A stretch of 64,000 bases of DNA, from contig CM052817.1 of the NCBI GenBank assembly GCA_028534125.1, positions 77,936,001 to 78,000,000 on the forward strand. Reading direction: 5' to 3'. Positions 12,401 through 26,332 of this stretch are shown here, piece by piece; position 1 is the stretch's first letter, and every line of letters begins with the position of its first letter. Both the position numbers and the translations under genes were made by a program. Origin of the DNA: Lama glama (lineage: Eukaryota). The notes under the pieces were generated by a model. It did no database searches. It was not told where the DNA came from and saw only the letters and a program-made list of their open reading frames with translations.

Positions 12401-15219
12401 TATTTTGGTTGGTGTTCACTGATACACAATTGGCCTTTAGGTACTAGTTTCTCATTAAGCTGAATATTTCTGAGACTTAACTACTTTGGAAAACCCAAAG
12501 TGTCTGTCTTCATTTATAATAAGAAGATATGCTGTGTTCTTCAACTTTCTTGGGTTAAAAATAGAACATATATGAACAAAATGAATGTCTAAATATGTAT
12601 TATCTGTAATGTAAAATAACATATACATTTATATAAATCAATTGACAAAAATATTTATTTACCAATTTTTAAGCTTGATCATAATTAGTTGTATAGTTTC
12701 TAGATTGAAAAAACGGTACAATACATAATCAATGTGATGTGTCAGGCAGACTCTGTTACATTTTCAGGGATTTCATAGGATAGTAACATGATAATTAGTT
12801 ACACAATTTATTTTACAGAAGGGGTAAATCTGCTTACTGTGTGACAGAAATCATACAATGATCTTCTCAAAAAGTGTCCCAAGGGTCATTACTTGTCCTA
12901 AATGTTAAATTATGCTATACTATAAAAGTGTTCAGTGGGAAATTTTGAATTCCACCTCTTTTTTCTTTTTTAGGTTTTTTTTTTAATTATAGGAATCATC
13001 AGTGTCTTTGATAGGGTGATGTGCATTATACTGTACAAAAGACATATAAATATGCTTTATTTCTCAGATTTATTTGACAAGGACTGTCAAAATATAGGTC
13101 AAAATTTGGAAAACATTGATTTAGTCTTAGGAGGGATTAAACTTATTCAGAAACACCCAGAAATAAATCAACCCACCATATTAAAAAGAGAGGATTACAT
13201 GCTGTGTATATAAAAAACTTCCTATTAATTTAAAGCAAAGTTTATTGATGAATTAATAATTCAGCAAATAACAGAGCTAATAATAGAACAGATATCATAT
13301 TAGGCTGGTTAAGTTATGTTGTGGGGGGACTTTAATAATTTAAAATGGCTTCCTCTGTTTCATATACACATACTCATAAATCAGATGTAAATATTTATTT
13401 AAGACAGTTCAGTCATATATAATTTAAATCATGATTATTGGGTTCTAAAAGGCAGACATACAAAGACTGAGAAAGGAAAATACTTCAACTTCACTAGCAA
13501 TTAATACTGATAGCCTATATACAGAACATTATTTCTAAGGGTAAAATACAATCATATGGTCAGAAATACTATCCTCAATGCTTTGGTTGATGTTAAATGT
13601 CAGAGTGCCTAAGGCTGTTTAACGTCTCCGGGAGCCAGTCCTCACTGAGTTGTAGTGGGTGGTATAAGAATTCCATGTGACAGAATGTCACTGGTGAAAT
13701 CCACCTGGAAACTGCATATTGCTTCTATTGTTTATTGTGCTTCCTTCAAAAATCTCTGGGCTATTCAATCAGGAGATGTACCAGAATAAAAAGATGTGAA
13801 GAAATGAATGTAGGATATAGCCACAGAGCTGATGATCAATGAGCAATAAATAATATATTTATTTGGGGTAAGTAAAGAACAGAGATGCCAGCTTATCCCC
13901 TGTAATTTTAATTTTGGCTTTGTGTTTCCAAAAATTGAGCACCTTTTACTTTTATTTTCTTTTATACTTCTAAAGTATATTTTGTGATATCCATCAAATT
14001 GCAACTTTTAGAAAACCTGTCAAATAACCCTGAGAATTCTATTTGACTTCAGGTTAACTCTTCATTTGTGTTACACAATCAAACACAATATTTACTAAAA
14101 CAAATACATATTTTGTATGTGGATCTTTTTTAAAAAAGAAAAATTAAACATTTTATTCAGAAAATAAATCTTGTTTTATTCAGGAAAGTGACACCATCAT
14201 TCTAATACTATAATATAGTATTATTATTATAGTACAATTTTATAATAATAATGAATGTGCAGGTGACACTATATATGTAATACATTTTTAATACTCAAGA
14301 TGACTTGAAGTTGTTAGGAAAAATTTGTGAATTTGGGAAAACAAATACCATGTTTTCAGTGATTCATGGAAGAAAATATTTCCATGGTCACAAAAATCTA
14401 TTTCTAAAAGGGAATATACATAGATTTCTAGGCTTAGTGAAAAAGCATCTATATTCAGAAGCAGTCTTTGGTGAAGTTTTTACTATTGTGTCTTGAATGA
14501 AGATCTTTGTAATATTTGACCATATTCGATAATCAGGTTAAATGCCAAAGATACTAATGCCAAAAAAATTACCATTTACCTTTTGTCATTCTGAGAGAAA
14601 TATCTAGAGTTTGAAGTATTATTTTCCAGGAATGTGGGGGTCTTCTTCAAAATCTGGCATTTTAGAATTGTAGATGTGGAAAATTAGTGTGGTGATAATT
14701 TTATTATGATATCCATAGGGTGTGAATCTTCCCAAAAAAAAGATTTCTAGGAATCTTAGATAAATTTTATTCTTCTGGTATAGAGGCTAAACATTTTTAG
14801 GGAAAGAATTATGCTTACCTTTGACATTTATGTTACTCAATATAAAATATGTGCATTATACTACATACTTAATTTAAAAGCAAAGTTTATATTTTTCCAG
14901 ACACTTTTCAATTTCTACTACCAAATTTTTCCATGAAACCACTTTATTTTTTCTTGCAGGAAAAGATACTTTCTGGAATTGGATTTACTATGCTGAACCT
15001 TTCTCAAATATGGTTGTTTCTTACCATTGGTACATCTTTTCATAGTAAACTTAGCTACAAAATGCCAGAGGCCACTGTGGTCTCAATTATTTGCTGTCTA
15101 TGAACAGTGCTACGTATGAATCTAAATTTTGAGAAAAGTTTCTAAAGATTTCCTGAGGCCTTTACAGAGATACAGCAGATTTACAAGCACCCAAAATGGG
15201 CTGATGCATTTGGTAGATT

Positions 15220-15465
15220 TACAGCGTGACAGTAAGTAGCTCAAGATTTGGCTGACGAAAGATGGCGTTGACTCGCAGCTCTATCATTTGCCTGTTCTGG
15301 GGCCTTAGATAACTTTCTTAATTTTTCTAAACCTCAATTTCCTCATCTGAAATAGAATAAGAAAAACATCTAGCTTACAGCTATGCTGGGAAGATTAAAT
15401 AAAATATTGCATATAAAAGCACCTATTGTGCCTAGTATATTGGTTGAAACTCAGTAACTGGTAGG
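15220..15465 (+). mobile_element. MIR SINE
   Basis: ctaaacctcaatttcctcatctgaaatag...gggaagattaaataaaatattgcatataaaagcacc. Confidence 0.8.
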
Positions 15466-16174
15466 AGTAATTTTTTTCTTAGTTATGTCCTTAGGCTTCA
15501 TTTGCTTGTCCAGTATTTGTAGTTGATTATTCAAAATCTTGGAATGATAATGTATAAATAGTTTACTTTTGATCACTAATTAGCATGCTCCCTGTTAACA
15601 CATGTTCTGTAGCAAAAAATGTTAATCTAATAAACTGTGGGTATGTCTTCTTTAGCTATAGGACAGACCTTCTCTTCACTTGGCTGCCAGAGTGTTTTGC
15701 TCTTATAGCATGACTGTGTACCTGTAAACTATGTAACTGTAAACTATGAGAGAAGTGCTGGGCAGTGGCAGGTGCTGGGAACTTGTGTTAGTGAAGAAAG
15801 TCAGCCTAGGAGAGAGTTAGGGCTGATAAGGAGCTTGGGGGTCACTCTAAAGGGGAAGAGCAGGGCCCACTCATCAAGGGGCAGGCACACAAAGACTAAG
15901 GCTTAACCACCACAGTACTGAGTAGGAGAAGAAGGTGGGGTCAGCTGCCAGTGGGAGGTGGACATCATGACAAAAGATGTTCCCCTTGAAACAGAGGAAA
16001 TTTACCCTGGTCAACTATCTCTGGTTTTGAAGTTAACCATTTTTGCTGCTGTGCAAGACAATTTACCTTTTAAATTTTATTTTAAATATTATACAAAGAT
16101 CATGGAGTATCATATCAAATATTTTATTCCCACTTTGTTGAAGGTTAGAGTCACAAAGTTAGTGGCTTATTATA

Positions 16175-16410
16175 GTAAAATATTTAAAAAGATATAAATT
16201 AAAAAAATAAAATATAAAATAAAGATATAAAACATAAAATTAAAAAGTAATACGCATATAAAATAAAATATATGTATGAAAAATAAAACATGAAAATAAA
16301 ACAAAAATATAGAAATATAAAAAATGAGTAGCTTATATTGAAATATAAAAATATATAAATTTCAAATATGTAAAAATACATAAATATAACAAAATAAAAT
16401 ATAAATAATA
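16175..16410. repeat. A-rich low-complexity tract (degenerate AAAAT/AAATAT units)
   Basis: ~235 bp almost entirely A and T with strong A bias on the + strand. Confidence 0.9.
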
Positions 16411-16949
16411 GTGAAGTAGAATCCAATCTCAAAATTAAATGTTTTTATTATCATCTTTTTCTGACTATAGATTTTTAACTAAATCTCATACCGTTAACTC
16501 TACTGCCTTCTCCAATTAGTAAGCTGAAACTAAGATGTCTCCCTAGACATGTGCTTGCCTCCTAAAGGGAGGGTTACACAGTGACTAACAAATATACGCA
16601 AGTAGCTCAGTTAAGAAATCTATTTAAATTTGTTTAATCCCATGTTTTCCTCAGTTTGGTTCAGAAAACTTTTCTCACATGACGCTTGAAAACATGCTTG
16701 TTAGCTGTGTTCTGAGGGACACAGGAGTGCACACTTTGTGGGCAGAAGTGTTGGGTAAGCAGTCAGGCCCCTCTGTTGCTCCTGAGGGTGCTACTATTTT
16801 AGAGCTAGTACAAAAATTTATTTATAGACTATGTCCTTTATTTTAGAAAAGTCAAGAAAGTAGGACAGAAATTTTAAGAAGATATTTGATAAGATAATGA
16901 GAAATGTAAACATTTGGTACCTAGAATGCTAGTATTTGGGAGATCTGGA

Positions 16950-17370
16950 AAAATACCTGAGCCAGCCTTCTCCCCCTGCTCCCTGACCCAGGAGGCTGAC
17001 CTGTATGGACTTCCTCATTAGGCTTCTGGGCTTCCACGTGCCAGTGAGAGACCTGGTAGGGGGTCCCCAGGAGGAAGTGTGAGGCCAGGTGTCTACTCCT
17101 TTGCCTCCCTCCCTGCCCAGGCACTTTGGGTTGGCTGTGCCTCTTAACCCAATAACCTTCTCAATGAGGGCCTCCCTACACAACTTGCTCCTTCTGGGTT
17201 CCAGCAAAATTCCATTTCTTTGTACTTTTTGATCTACACAGCCCCATGGTTTCTAACCAGAGACACTGCATTCTCTCCTACAGTTTCCCTGTGGCCAGCT
17301 CACACGTTTGTAAGTAGCTCTCTCACAAACCCTTCTTGAATTGTCCTGATTGTGTACCATTTGTTTGCTA
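16950..17370 (+). mobile_element. ERVL LTR (LTR16-like)
   Basis: ccctgctccctgacccaggaggctgacctgtatggac...ctccctccctgcc...cacacgtttgtaagtagctctctc, resembling the recalled LTR16 consensus. Confidence 0.75.
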
Positions 17371-17542
17371 TATATGTTTATCTCCTTGAGCAATTGGACA
17401 TTTGAAGTATGTTTATATAACTCTCTAATATAGTTTGTAGTCATCTGGAGATAATTTATTAAAATTGGAATAATATGTATTTTTAACTTCCTAAAGGGCA
17501 CCTTTAAAATAAAAGTTTTGCCAGAAAGTTCAGAGTCAACTC

Positions 17543-17790
17543 TGGCAGCAGAGCATGATGGTTAGACACAGAAACTCTGGGATGAAGGCACCTGGGTTTT
17601 AACTTTAATTCAGTCTCTGTTAACTATGTGACGTTGGGCAAGTTGTTTAACCTCTCAGGTTCTCAGTTTATTAGTAAATGAGGGATGATAAAAACAGGTG
17701 AACTAAGGATTATTATGAAGATTTTAAAAGTTAATATTTATAAAGCGCTTAAAACAATGCCAGGCCCATATAAGTACTAAGTATCTGCAT
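17543..17790 (+). mobile_element. MIR SINE, near full length
   Basis: ggcagcagagcatgatggttag...tatgtgacgttgggcaagttgtttaacctctc...taaagcgcttaaaacaatgccaggc. Confidence 0.9.
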
Positions 17791-17802
17791 GATAAGCATT
17801 AT

Positions 17803-18200
17803 GATTTTATTGAGTGCCTATTGTGTTCCAGACAGTATGTCAAATATTTTTTCATATTTTATCCCATTTAGTCCTCAAAACAATCTTGTGAAGTAAATAT
17901 TATAACTCGCAATAGAAGAAATTGGAATGCAGAGTAATTAAGTAATTTGCCCCATCCATATGGTAAGCAGTGAAGTTGAGATTTGAAGGCAGATGGTAAT
18001 ATCTTCATTAAAGTATACACACACATAATATATATACATATACACACAGATATATTGTTACATGCTATATGTGATACTGAATACACAATACTTACATTTA
18101 TAGAACACTGGTGCCTGGCACATCATAGTTGCTCAATACAGATTGTTTCTTCCTGTCATTCTGATTCCAGGTCTCTTTCCACTTTACCACACTGCCTTCC
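17803..18200 (-). mobile_element. MIR SINE, interrupted by TA-rich/L2-tail sequence at ~18000-18150
   Basis: ttattgagtgcctattgtgttccagac...aagtaatttgccc...gagatttgaaggcag, resuming as tctgattccagg...accacactgcc. Confidence 0.8.
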
Positions 18201-19137
18201 CTCTTGCATGTACAGGAGTAAAATGAACTTTCTGGAAGTTCTGTAAACATTACTAGAGAGGAGAAGAATGTAATTTATCTCCACTGCTGAACTTCACTTT
18301 ACCCACCCCATCCCAAGACAGTAAAAATGTTAAATTTGACAACATTCTTGAAAAGATACAAAATTTGGATTTTCCCAAATATACTTAGCTGTTAACTTGG
18401 AAAACCACGGATGGCTGTGATTGCTGCAGTGGATTCCACCCAGATAAGGAGATCAAAGATTATTAGGAGACTTGCCAGATGCCATAGTAAAGAGCCTTGT
18501 CTGTTTTCAAAGTAACTGATGGATGATGTGAGAAATTCCATTGGAATGCTTTTGAATGTTCTACATGGATGTTGTAAATATTAGAAATTTTATCATTGGG
18601 TCAAATGGCTTTGAGGCAACAAAACTTTGTTAAAGCATCATTCACTTAAAACATTATCTGACTTTACACAAGCATAATTAGAAAATTCAATCAGACATTA
18701 TTATAATATTTATCCATACCATCATTATGCCAGTCCTTCACATTGAATTTGAAAATATCTTTTGGGGTAATGATTTTTTTAAGAATTCTAAATTATTACC
18801 TCCTTGTGTTAATTCCCAAAGGGTTTAACTGACTTGCAGATGTCATGTAGTTAGCAAATAGCAGAGAATTGATTTAGACAAAGGTCCTTCTATCAGACCC
18901 CATGTGCTTTCTTTTATACTGTACTGCTTTCAACTTCAGACTTGTGAATATATACATCTACAAATATATACATGTGTGTATGTGTATATATATATATATA
19001 TCTTTAATTCTATCAGAATGACTAGCTTACAAATCTGTAAGTTTTGTGGTTTAACATCTGGTATAAGTATTTACTAGACAAAAGTTATAAATCTCATTAT
19101 TTGTTAGCCACTTCTACCCTTCTCCTTGGAATAGACT

Positions 19138-19206
19138 CTATGTATGTATGTATGTATGTATGTATGTATCTATCTATCTACCTACCTACCTGTCTACCTA
19201 CCTATC
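19138..19206. repeat. Compound microsatellite (TATG)n(TATC)n(TACC)n
   Basis: Read directly. Confidence 0.95.
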
Positions 19207-20559
19207 AGTCAAGATTTGCCCTCAGTCTAAAGGGTCATAGATGGTTTGGCAAGATGACTTCAGCTTCTTTGCGATATTAGATACTTATCTTAATAAACAG
19301 GAAGAAAAAAAGTAAATTTTGTTTTCTAGTTTCTAAGTTATCTCACTGAAAAATGTCTTTGAAATCTACACTTTATTTTATTTTCAGTTTCTTAACTAAA
19401 TGTGTCTAACTTTTGGAATAACAGTATTATTATAGTAGTGAAACTCTCCTATTCTTTGACTTCTGACTTTGTTTTAATTGGCCTTATTTTTAAACCAACA
19501 TCAACCTGTATGATACCTTTTGTTCCATATGGTTATTATTGACACTATTTTTAATCCTTAGTGGAATCATTATGTAATCTGGCCATCTTACTACACTTTT
19601 TTTTTTCTGGAAATAGAGGTTGATTCAACTATATTTCCAAGAGATCAATGCCTCCTTCTAACCCCATACAATGCTTGAACAGTGGATGAAAAAACTTCTA
19701 TTCTCTTCCCAATTCTCCCCAGGAACCAGTACCTCTGACCTTGATGCTGGAGCCTTCCTGGCCACCTTCAATTCTAACTTCAAGTGCTGACAGAATTATA
19801 TAATAGTTGCCAAAACTATGTGAGTTTATGGACTAACAAGTCATTTGTCATAAATCAGAGATAAGCGGGAGCCTCGGTAACACGGGGAAAGGCAGGAGCC
19901 CTTTGTCCTCTGAACCATGACCCGGACACTGGTTGGATCATTTAAAATCATGAATATTGGAGAGTTTTTTACAGTGGTCCAGGGCCCTCTGCTTAGGTCT
20001 AAGTAGGCAGCCTTATTCCTTTGAAGGATAAAAACATTTGATAATTTCTTAGCATTTCATGGTGGGGAAAGTGCAGAATTTTCTTAGATTTATTATACAT
20101 TACTGTTTTAGAATGCTTTATTACGTATTGTTTTTCTTTTAGGATGATTTCTTTCTTTTTCAGAGAACTTATCTTACCTTGAGATATTTAGTTCATTTTT
20201 GGAAAGTCAGGAAGTACTTCTGAGGAACAATTTTATTAAAAGAGCAAACCATTTGATCTTACCTCTAAAGATGTGGCAGAAAGTGGATGTTTCTTCCAGG
20301 AAGAAGGACATTGTATAAATGAACCCATTCACTTAGAACATTTCATATCAGTACTTTTCCAATATTAAACTACTAATTGTTGGCAAATTTCTATGTCAGT
20401 GTATGAATAATGAGCCAAATACTCTTTTTTACTCAGAGAGTAAAAGAAACTACCTGGATCCAAAAGAATTCAGCCTGGGGTCATAGAAGAATTCTAATGA
20501 CTGTGATCCTCACAGCAGTGGTTCTGACAGTGGCTTCAGTCATTGGATGTTGTTGCTCT

Positions 20560-20765
20560 TCATCTGGCTTTGCATCCTAGCTGTGTCACCCAAGAGCAGT
20601 GTGTCCTTGGATAAGTTACTTATCCTCCCTGTAACTCAGTTCACCCACATTTAGATAAGGGGTAGTAATTAATATTACCTACTTCAGAGGAAATGTTTTA
20701 AAGATTAAATTAGTTATCATAAAGTACTTAGGACTAAATCTTACATAAAATAATTGTTGTGTGAA
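20560..20765 (+). mobile_element. MIR SINE
   Basis: tgtgtccttggataagttactt...ctcagtt...tacctacttcagagg...aagattaaattag. Confidence 0.75.
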
Positions 20766-21022
20766 TGTATATTAGGTTCATACCATATCATTAATCTATT
20801 TATAGTGTTTATAGATCTACTGTGTTCAAAGAGACTTTACTACAGGATGGTCCTTGCCTCTAAGGGATGTTTTGTCAGGAAAAATCGATGCCATTCAATT
20901 TAGAAAAGTGGAAGCTGGATATACGCTCTTGGAGGGAGTGATGTAAAATTTTAAATTTAATTGTAACTAGAAAATTTAAATGGTTACTTTTTGTTGTAAA
21001 CTCTGCAGGGCATAGACTACCC

Positions 21023-21111
21023 ATTATATTTATTATATATTATATAAATATATAAGTAGATATATATATCTATATATAATATATATCTATATTATATATA
21101 TATATATAATA
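21023..21111. repeat. Degenerate (TA)n tract
   Basis: Read directly. Confidence 0.9.
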
Positions 21112-23446
21112 GTTCATAGGGCATAATAGAGGATTAGATACATTGATAGGGAACAATTCATAGTTTGTTTTAGTCATATAGATTTCAAGCTGCCTAATTG
21201 TGTGTTATGAGTCGAGTGAGTACAGCCCCTGGAGTGCAGACATGACCCTTGAGTCTCACTTGCCTCACTGTTGTAGTTCAGGTTACAGGGGGCTTGTTAA
21301 AAATTAAAACCAAAATGCTACAAGTACACTGTCTAGAACTAGAACAAAATGGAACAATTTGTGCATGAATCACATTTAAATAATCTATATTTATAAAATG
21401 CTATCCTAAGAAATATAATTCAAACAAGTTTCAGTATAAACAACTGCGTATTTACTTAACTGACAGCAGTAAAACAAACAGAAATTTCAAGATTATTTTA
21501 AAATATAGACAAAATTAATTTAAAATGGAAGAAATTTACTCTTAAGATTCAAACTTAAATATTCTACATTTGGAGGATATTACCTGAATTGTAATTCTGT
21601 CAAGCTTCCATTTGAGTAATGGTATAACCGATTAACAGCAATGAAGCTAAAAGATAGAAAAAGCAAACTGTCTTTAGGAAAAAAAAACAAAGAATTTTGC
21701 TGGGGTACAGGACCTTGAGAAGTTTGCTCAGTGGACGGCTGGATTATTCTGTTTTCAGGATATGGGGACAAGGGACATATCCACGGTTTGGGGTAGACAT
21801 TTCTCATTGCTAATTGAGGATGTATTAGGCTAGGGGAATCTCTTAATGATGAATATTCTTTGAGATGTCCTTACTCTCCTTGCACAGACTGCCCCCTGGA
21901 ACTCTCCTTAAACATCTGGCTGGAGGGTGCAGTAGAGAAAGAAAGGCTGAACCTGAATCAGGTATCCATAAATGGCCAAGATCATCTTCAACGTCATTTC
22001 TACTAGACTCCGTTTTTGGAGATCCATAATCACATAGTGTTAACAAAAGAAGGCATAGTATAATTTCTAAGTTCTGCTGGTCCACAATGAGTCTGCCAAG
22101 TTAGACACACAAGGATAAATTGCATATGGCTTTTGTAGAGAAATTATCGGAAAAGTGCAACAAATTAATGGAGGGACCATTCTATGATTTTGATCCTCTG
22201 GTCATTTGGTCCCCAGAGGATGTATTTAGCTACTCAGTCCCTCAGCCATCACAACTTAATGCTCCTGCTTTTTTGATAATCTGATAATCCAGTAGATGAC
22301 TTGGTAGTCCTTTCAAACCTTTGACATATGCCTCACTTTAAACATTGGGCATAAGAAGCCTCTTTTCACCTAACAGATTAAATTTAAGCTCTGACTCATT
22401 GAATTTTTTCCCGTGTCATATGTATTTTTTCTTAATTCTTGAGTTTGCTCTTGGCTGATGGAGTGTTTGACCAATTATTATGAGCTTTGTTCCTCATGGG
22501 AAATCATTTGGCTTAAAAAGAACAAATGCTTCTTTCTACTTTTTCTGTAGGAATTTTTGCTTGGTTTTTGTAGGTGTGCAGCTGTTCACAATTATGACTG
22601 ATTGTTTCATCTGCTTTGGACAGTTTCCCCTCTGTCGTTAAAGGGTAGATTCTCTATTAAATGAACATTCCAGTATATTTTCCTTCATTTTCCCAATAAA
22701 GGTCAGAAATTACTAAGTTTTTGAAGATTTCAAATATCACTTTCAAACTGTGTATATTCTGTCTTCAGTGAAGTCAGTTCTCATTTTGGAGAATGTTATT
22801 TTGATCTTTTAATTCCTATGTGTAATAGAAACATGTTTGAGGAGGTGAAAACTATAGAAGAAAATGATTTCAGTAAATGCTGATTTTTCAAAGAAAAACT
22901 TTGGAATTTATGGAGCCTTTCTAAATCAGCTTTATTTTTTCATGAGGACCTTTTACTTTAATATAACCAAAAATACTTTCTCAAGTATAAACTGGGCTTG
23001 GAAATTCTCCCCAGTGTCTGTTGTGTTAGTTTTCCTTCCTATTTTGCAAAGTAGTTGATTGTTAGGGAATCAATCTCAAATGACTTAAGTTTATATGCTT
23101 TTGTGAAATAGCTCTGTGGGTGAGTATGTATATTTGGCAAAAGACTTTAATATCTTTGTTATCGATCTTACTGTCAACTGATCTGCTTATTCAGTTGAAT
23201 AGTGGCAGTTTCATTATCTGTAGCTACATCTGCTGTGAGAACCCAAGTAGATTCGCTTATCAGGGCCTGGCATTGCCACAAGATTAACTTCTTGTTTCTC
23301 TTCAAATACGATGAAAGACGGCAACAGTAAAACACTTTTGTAAAATGATCCTTTTTTCTACTGTATTTCATTATGGGAAAGAAAAATTTTAAGGACATTT
23401 CCTAAAGCCTATAATATATTTCACCTAAATAAATCCCTCTATTCAA

Positions 23447-23448
<2 letters not shown>

Positions 23449-23493
<45 letters not shown>
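23449..23493. repeat. (AT)22 microsatellite
   Basis: Perfect dinucleotide run. Confidence 0.97.
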
Positions 23494-23494
<1 letters not shown>

Positions 23495-25045
23495 CATATG
23501 TATTTATGTATAAGCAGAATTTTTGTTTATGTCTGTGTATACAATCACCTTACCTCTTTTCATTACAGGATAGAATGCAAATCTAGGAAATCCTCTAAAG
23601 AGGATTATCTTTTAACATATTTGAGTCAATTTTTAGAAAAATAAACCACAAAACTTGATTAAGTTACCAACTTTATTTGGTTTTGTTTATTTTTAATGAA
23701 TTCTTTTGCGATTTTTGTCTGGATAAAATTCAGACTATATACTATACCTTTTGGAACATACCCATCAACAAATTGCAAACTTCTGTTAACTCCACCATTT
23801 TGGAATTATCTTCCTTTGTTAAACTTTTAATAAAAATCACACAAAAAAACCCGAAGAAAATATCATTTAACATGGACTTCTTATAACTTTTGTACTTATA
23901 TTTCTTAGTGCAAATAGATCTGGGAACAAATAGATTCCCAGTGTAAACCAAAGTATTTTTATTAAAAACTTGTGTTTCTGTTAGTCTGAGGTCTTGTCTG
24001 TTTACTCACACTATTTTCCCAGACTCTGGAATAATGTATATGAATAGAAGAAGAATAAATACTAGATCTTTATGAAATCATAGCAATGGATGGGCTTTTG
24101 TGTTGTCATTACCATTGTCAGCATCATCAAAGGCATCTATTGTGGAACAGTATTTTATACTCACCATATGCCTTTGTGTACAAGATGGTCCTTATAAAAA
24201 ACATATGAGATATGAAAAAAAGGACACTCAGAATGTGTCTTTTTTACTGCTGATGATTCTAGTTAACAGATGGTGTAATCAGGCCAGTACTTCTGAGCTG
24301 TGATTCACCATACAATTCATTAAATTGTCTCTCAACAGATATCTGCTCTAGCCAGTAATCATATGGAAATTAATATGTAATATATTTCCAGGGAAAGATG
24401 TTGTTGACATTCTCTTTGTGGTATATTCCAATATAAAATCATCCTCAGTGATTAACAGTTTATTTTATAATTTAACCAAATTATTTGACTGAGATTTAAG
24501 TCCACTTCACCATAAAAGGACTCATGCACTCTGATAGAAAATGAATTATATTTTCCACATAATAATTTTTTATGTTAAATATAATAATCTTTTATATATT
24601 TAAAACATTTAAAATAATTCCTTAGCTTTATCCTCTCCTTTACAATTTTAAAATTTTTTATAGGACATCCGTTACTTTCTTGCAGTAATTTTTATTCCAT
24701 TCAGTAAGCTATCTGTTGTTTCTCCATTTTATTCTACCTTCAGTATTTGTATCTCCAATTCATTATATATATACTTTTTCCAAACTCCATTTAGCACTAT
24801 TTCATATTAAAAATCTTAATTGACTTTGTATAGCACGCAGAAAAACATCCTTATCCTGGGGTTCAAAACCTTAAATGATCTCATTGATTTAATTCAACCT
24901 GCCTGCATGTTCCCAAGGTCTGTGACATCTAGTCATTTGTAATTTTGCTGAAGCATATATTTGTGTTACAAGAAGTATTAACTGGTGTGAATGTGAAAAC
25001 AGCAAATGGTGCAACGTTTTGTATTCACTATACCTAAGCAGAGTA

Positions 25046-25548
25046 TGGAAGTTTCTAACTTTTGGGTCTCAAGATTCTTCTACACTTTTACAAATCATTG
25101 AGGCCCTCAAAGAGCCTTTGTTTAAGTGGGTTATATCTATAGATATTTATTGTAGTAGAAATTAAAAATGAAAACTTTTGACTTAATTTAAATTAACAAC
25201 AGTAAAGCTATTCTATGTTAATAAGAATACATGCTTTCATGAAAAATAACCATTTTCTAAAACAAAAAATAATTAGTAAGAGGACTGGCACTGTTTCACA
25301 TACTTTCAAATCTCTTTAATGTTTTGCGTAATAGAAAGTATAGATGGATCCTCATTTCTGTTTCTATATTCAGTTGTATATCATTCAGCATATAGCCTTT
25401 AGAAAACTACTGCACACTTGTACAAGAATGAGGATGAAAATACAAGTGTCTTCTGAATGCTATGATGACTACTGTTTTGATTTCATAGACCCCTGCAGGA
25501 GTCGCACACCCCTTGGAAGGTCTTAGGAACACACTTTAAGAATTGCTG
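25046..25548 (-). mobile_element. hAT-Charlie DNA transposon (Charlie1b-like, ~500 bp)
   Basis: aacttttgggtctc...attgaggccctcaaagagcctttgtttaagtgggttatatctat...cacactttaagaattgctg, with 8-bp TSD gcagagta (25038-25045) / gcaaagta (25549-25556). Confidence 0.88.
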
Positions 25549-25556
25549 GCAAAGTA

Positions 25557-25765
25557 AGAGCTTAAGCTTTGAGATCCCAGTGCCTGTGTGTGTAGACAAG
25601 ATTCACTTCCTAGCTTTGTGATCCTGGGAGAGTTATTAAACTTCTTATGTGCTCTTCTCTAAAACAAACTTAATAATAATATCTCCCTCATAGAGGTATT
25701 TTGAGGATTAAATGAATTAACATTGTTGCAATTAAAACAGTGCCTACCACTGGGAATACTCAACT
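25557..25765 (+). mobile_element. MIR SINE whose head is interrupted by the Charlie element
   Basis: ctagctttgtgatcctgggagagttattaaac...cctcatagaggtattttgaggattaaatga...aacagtgcct. Confidence 0.8.
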
Positions 25766-26139
25766 CTGTGAACAGGACAATGCACTTTTCTCCATCTGGG
25801 GCTCCTTCCTTTATCCCTGATTTCCAATGCCTTTTCTTATCCAAATTAATATTTATTTGTTTTAAAGACAGAAAAGTATGGAGTATCTTTTATTTAATCA
25901 AATTGTTTGTCACCATTACCCTTTGATATTCATTTAAGCATAGAAAAACTATCCATAGGGATTTTAATATGTATGCTAAAAAATTAAGAGCAAGTTCCAA
26001 ACTTTTTTTTTATTATACTATACATTTTTATTCATTCCATTCATATGCACCAGTCTTCCTTTTCCTTCTGCTACATGTCAGCTTAACTTAATACTTCCTT
26101 TCTCACTAGGTTAAGAGAACATAAGCCAGTCTAGAATCT

Positions 26140-26260
26140 GTTCATTCATTCATTCATTTCTCACAAACCTACTGTGCATATGCCAGGCATTCTCCTCAAC
26201 TCTGGTATGTAGTCTTATAATCTAGTGGAAAAGGACATACATTAAACCAGTAAAGACAAA
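26140..26260 (-). mobile_element. L2 3' end
   Basis: ttcattcattcattca...cctactgtgcatatgccaggcattct...tctagtgg. Confidence 0.75.
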
Positions 26261-26332
26261 CATTATGAATAAATGTGAGAAGATGTTGAAATACTTTTTC
26301 TCATTGCTTTTTATGCTTTGGATGTTACTATC

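Noticed and set aside
16199..16432. Very hydrophobic F/I/Y-rich ORF
   Set aside because: Translation of the A-rich low-complexity tract
21843..22085. 80-aa ORF with a signal-peptide-like start (LEIILCLLLLTLC)
   Set aside because: GTG start, no splice or promoter context, and no recognised homology
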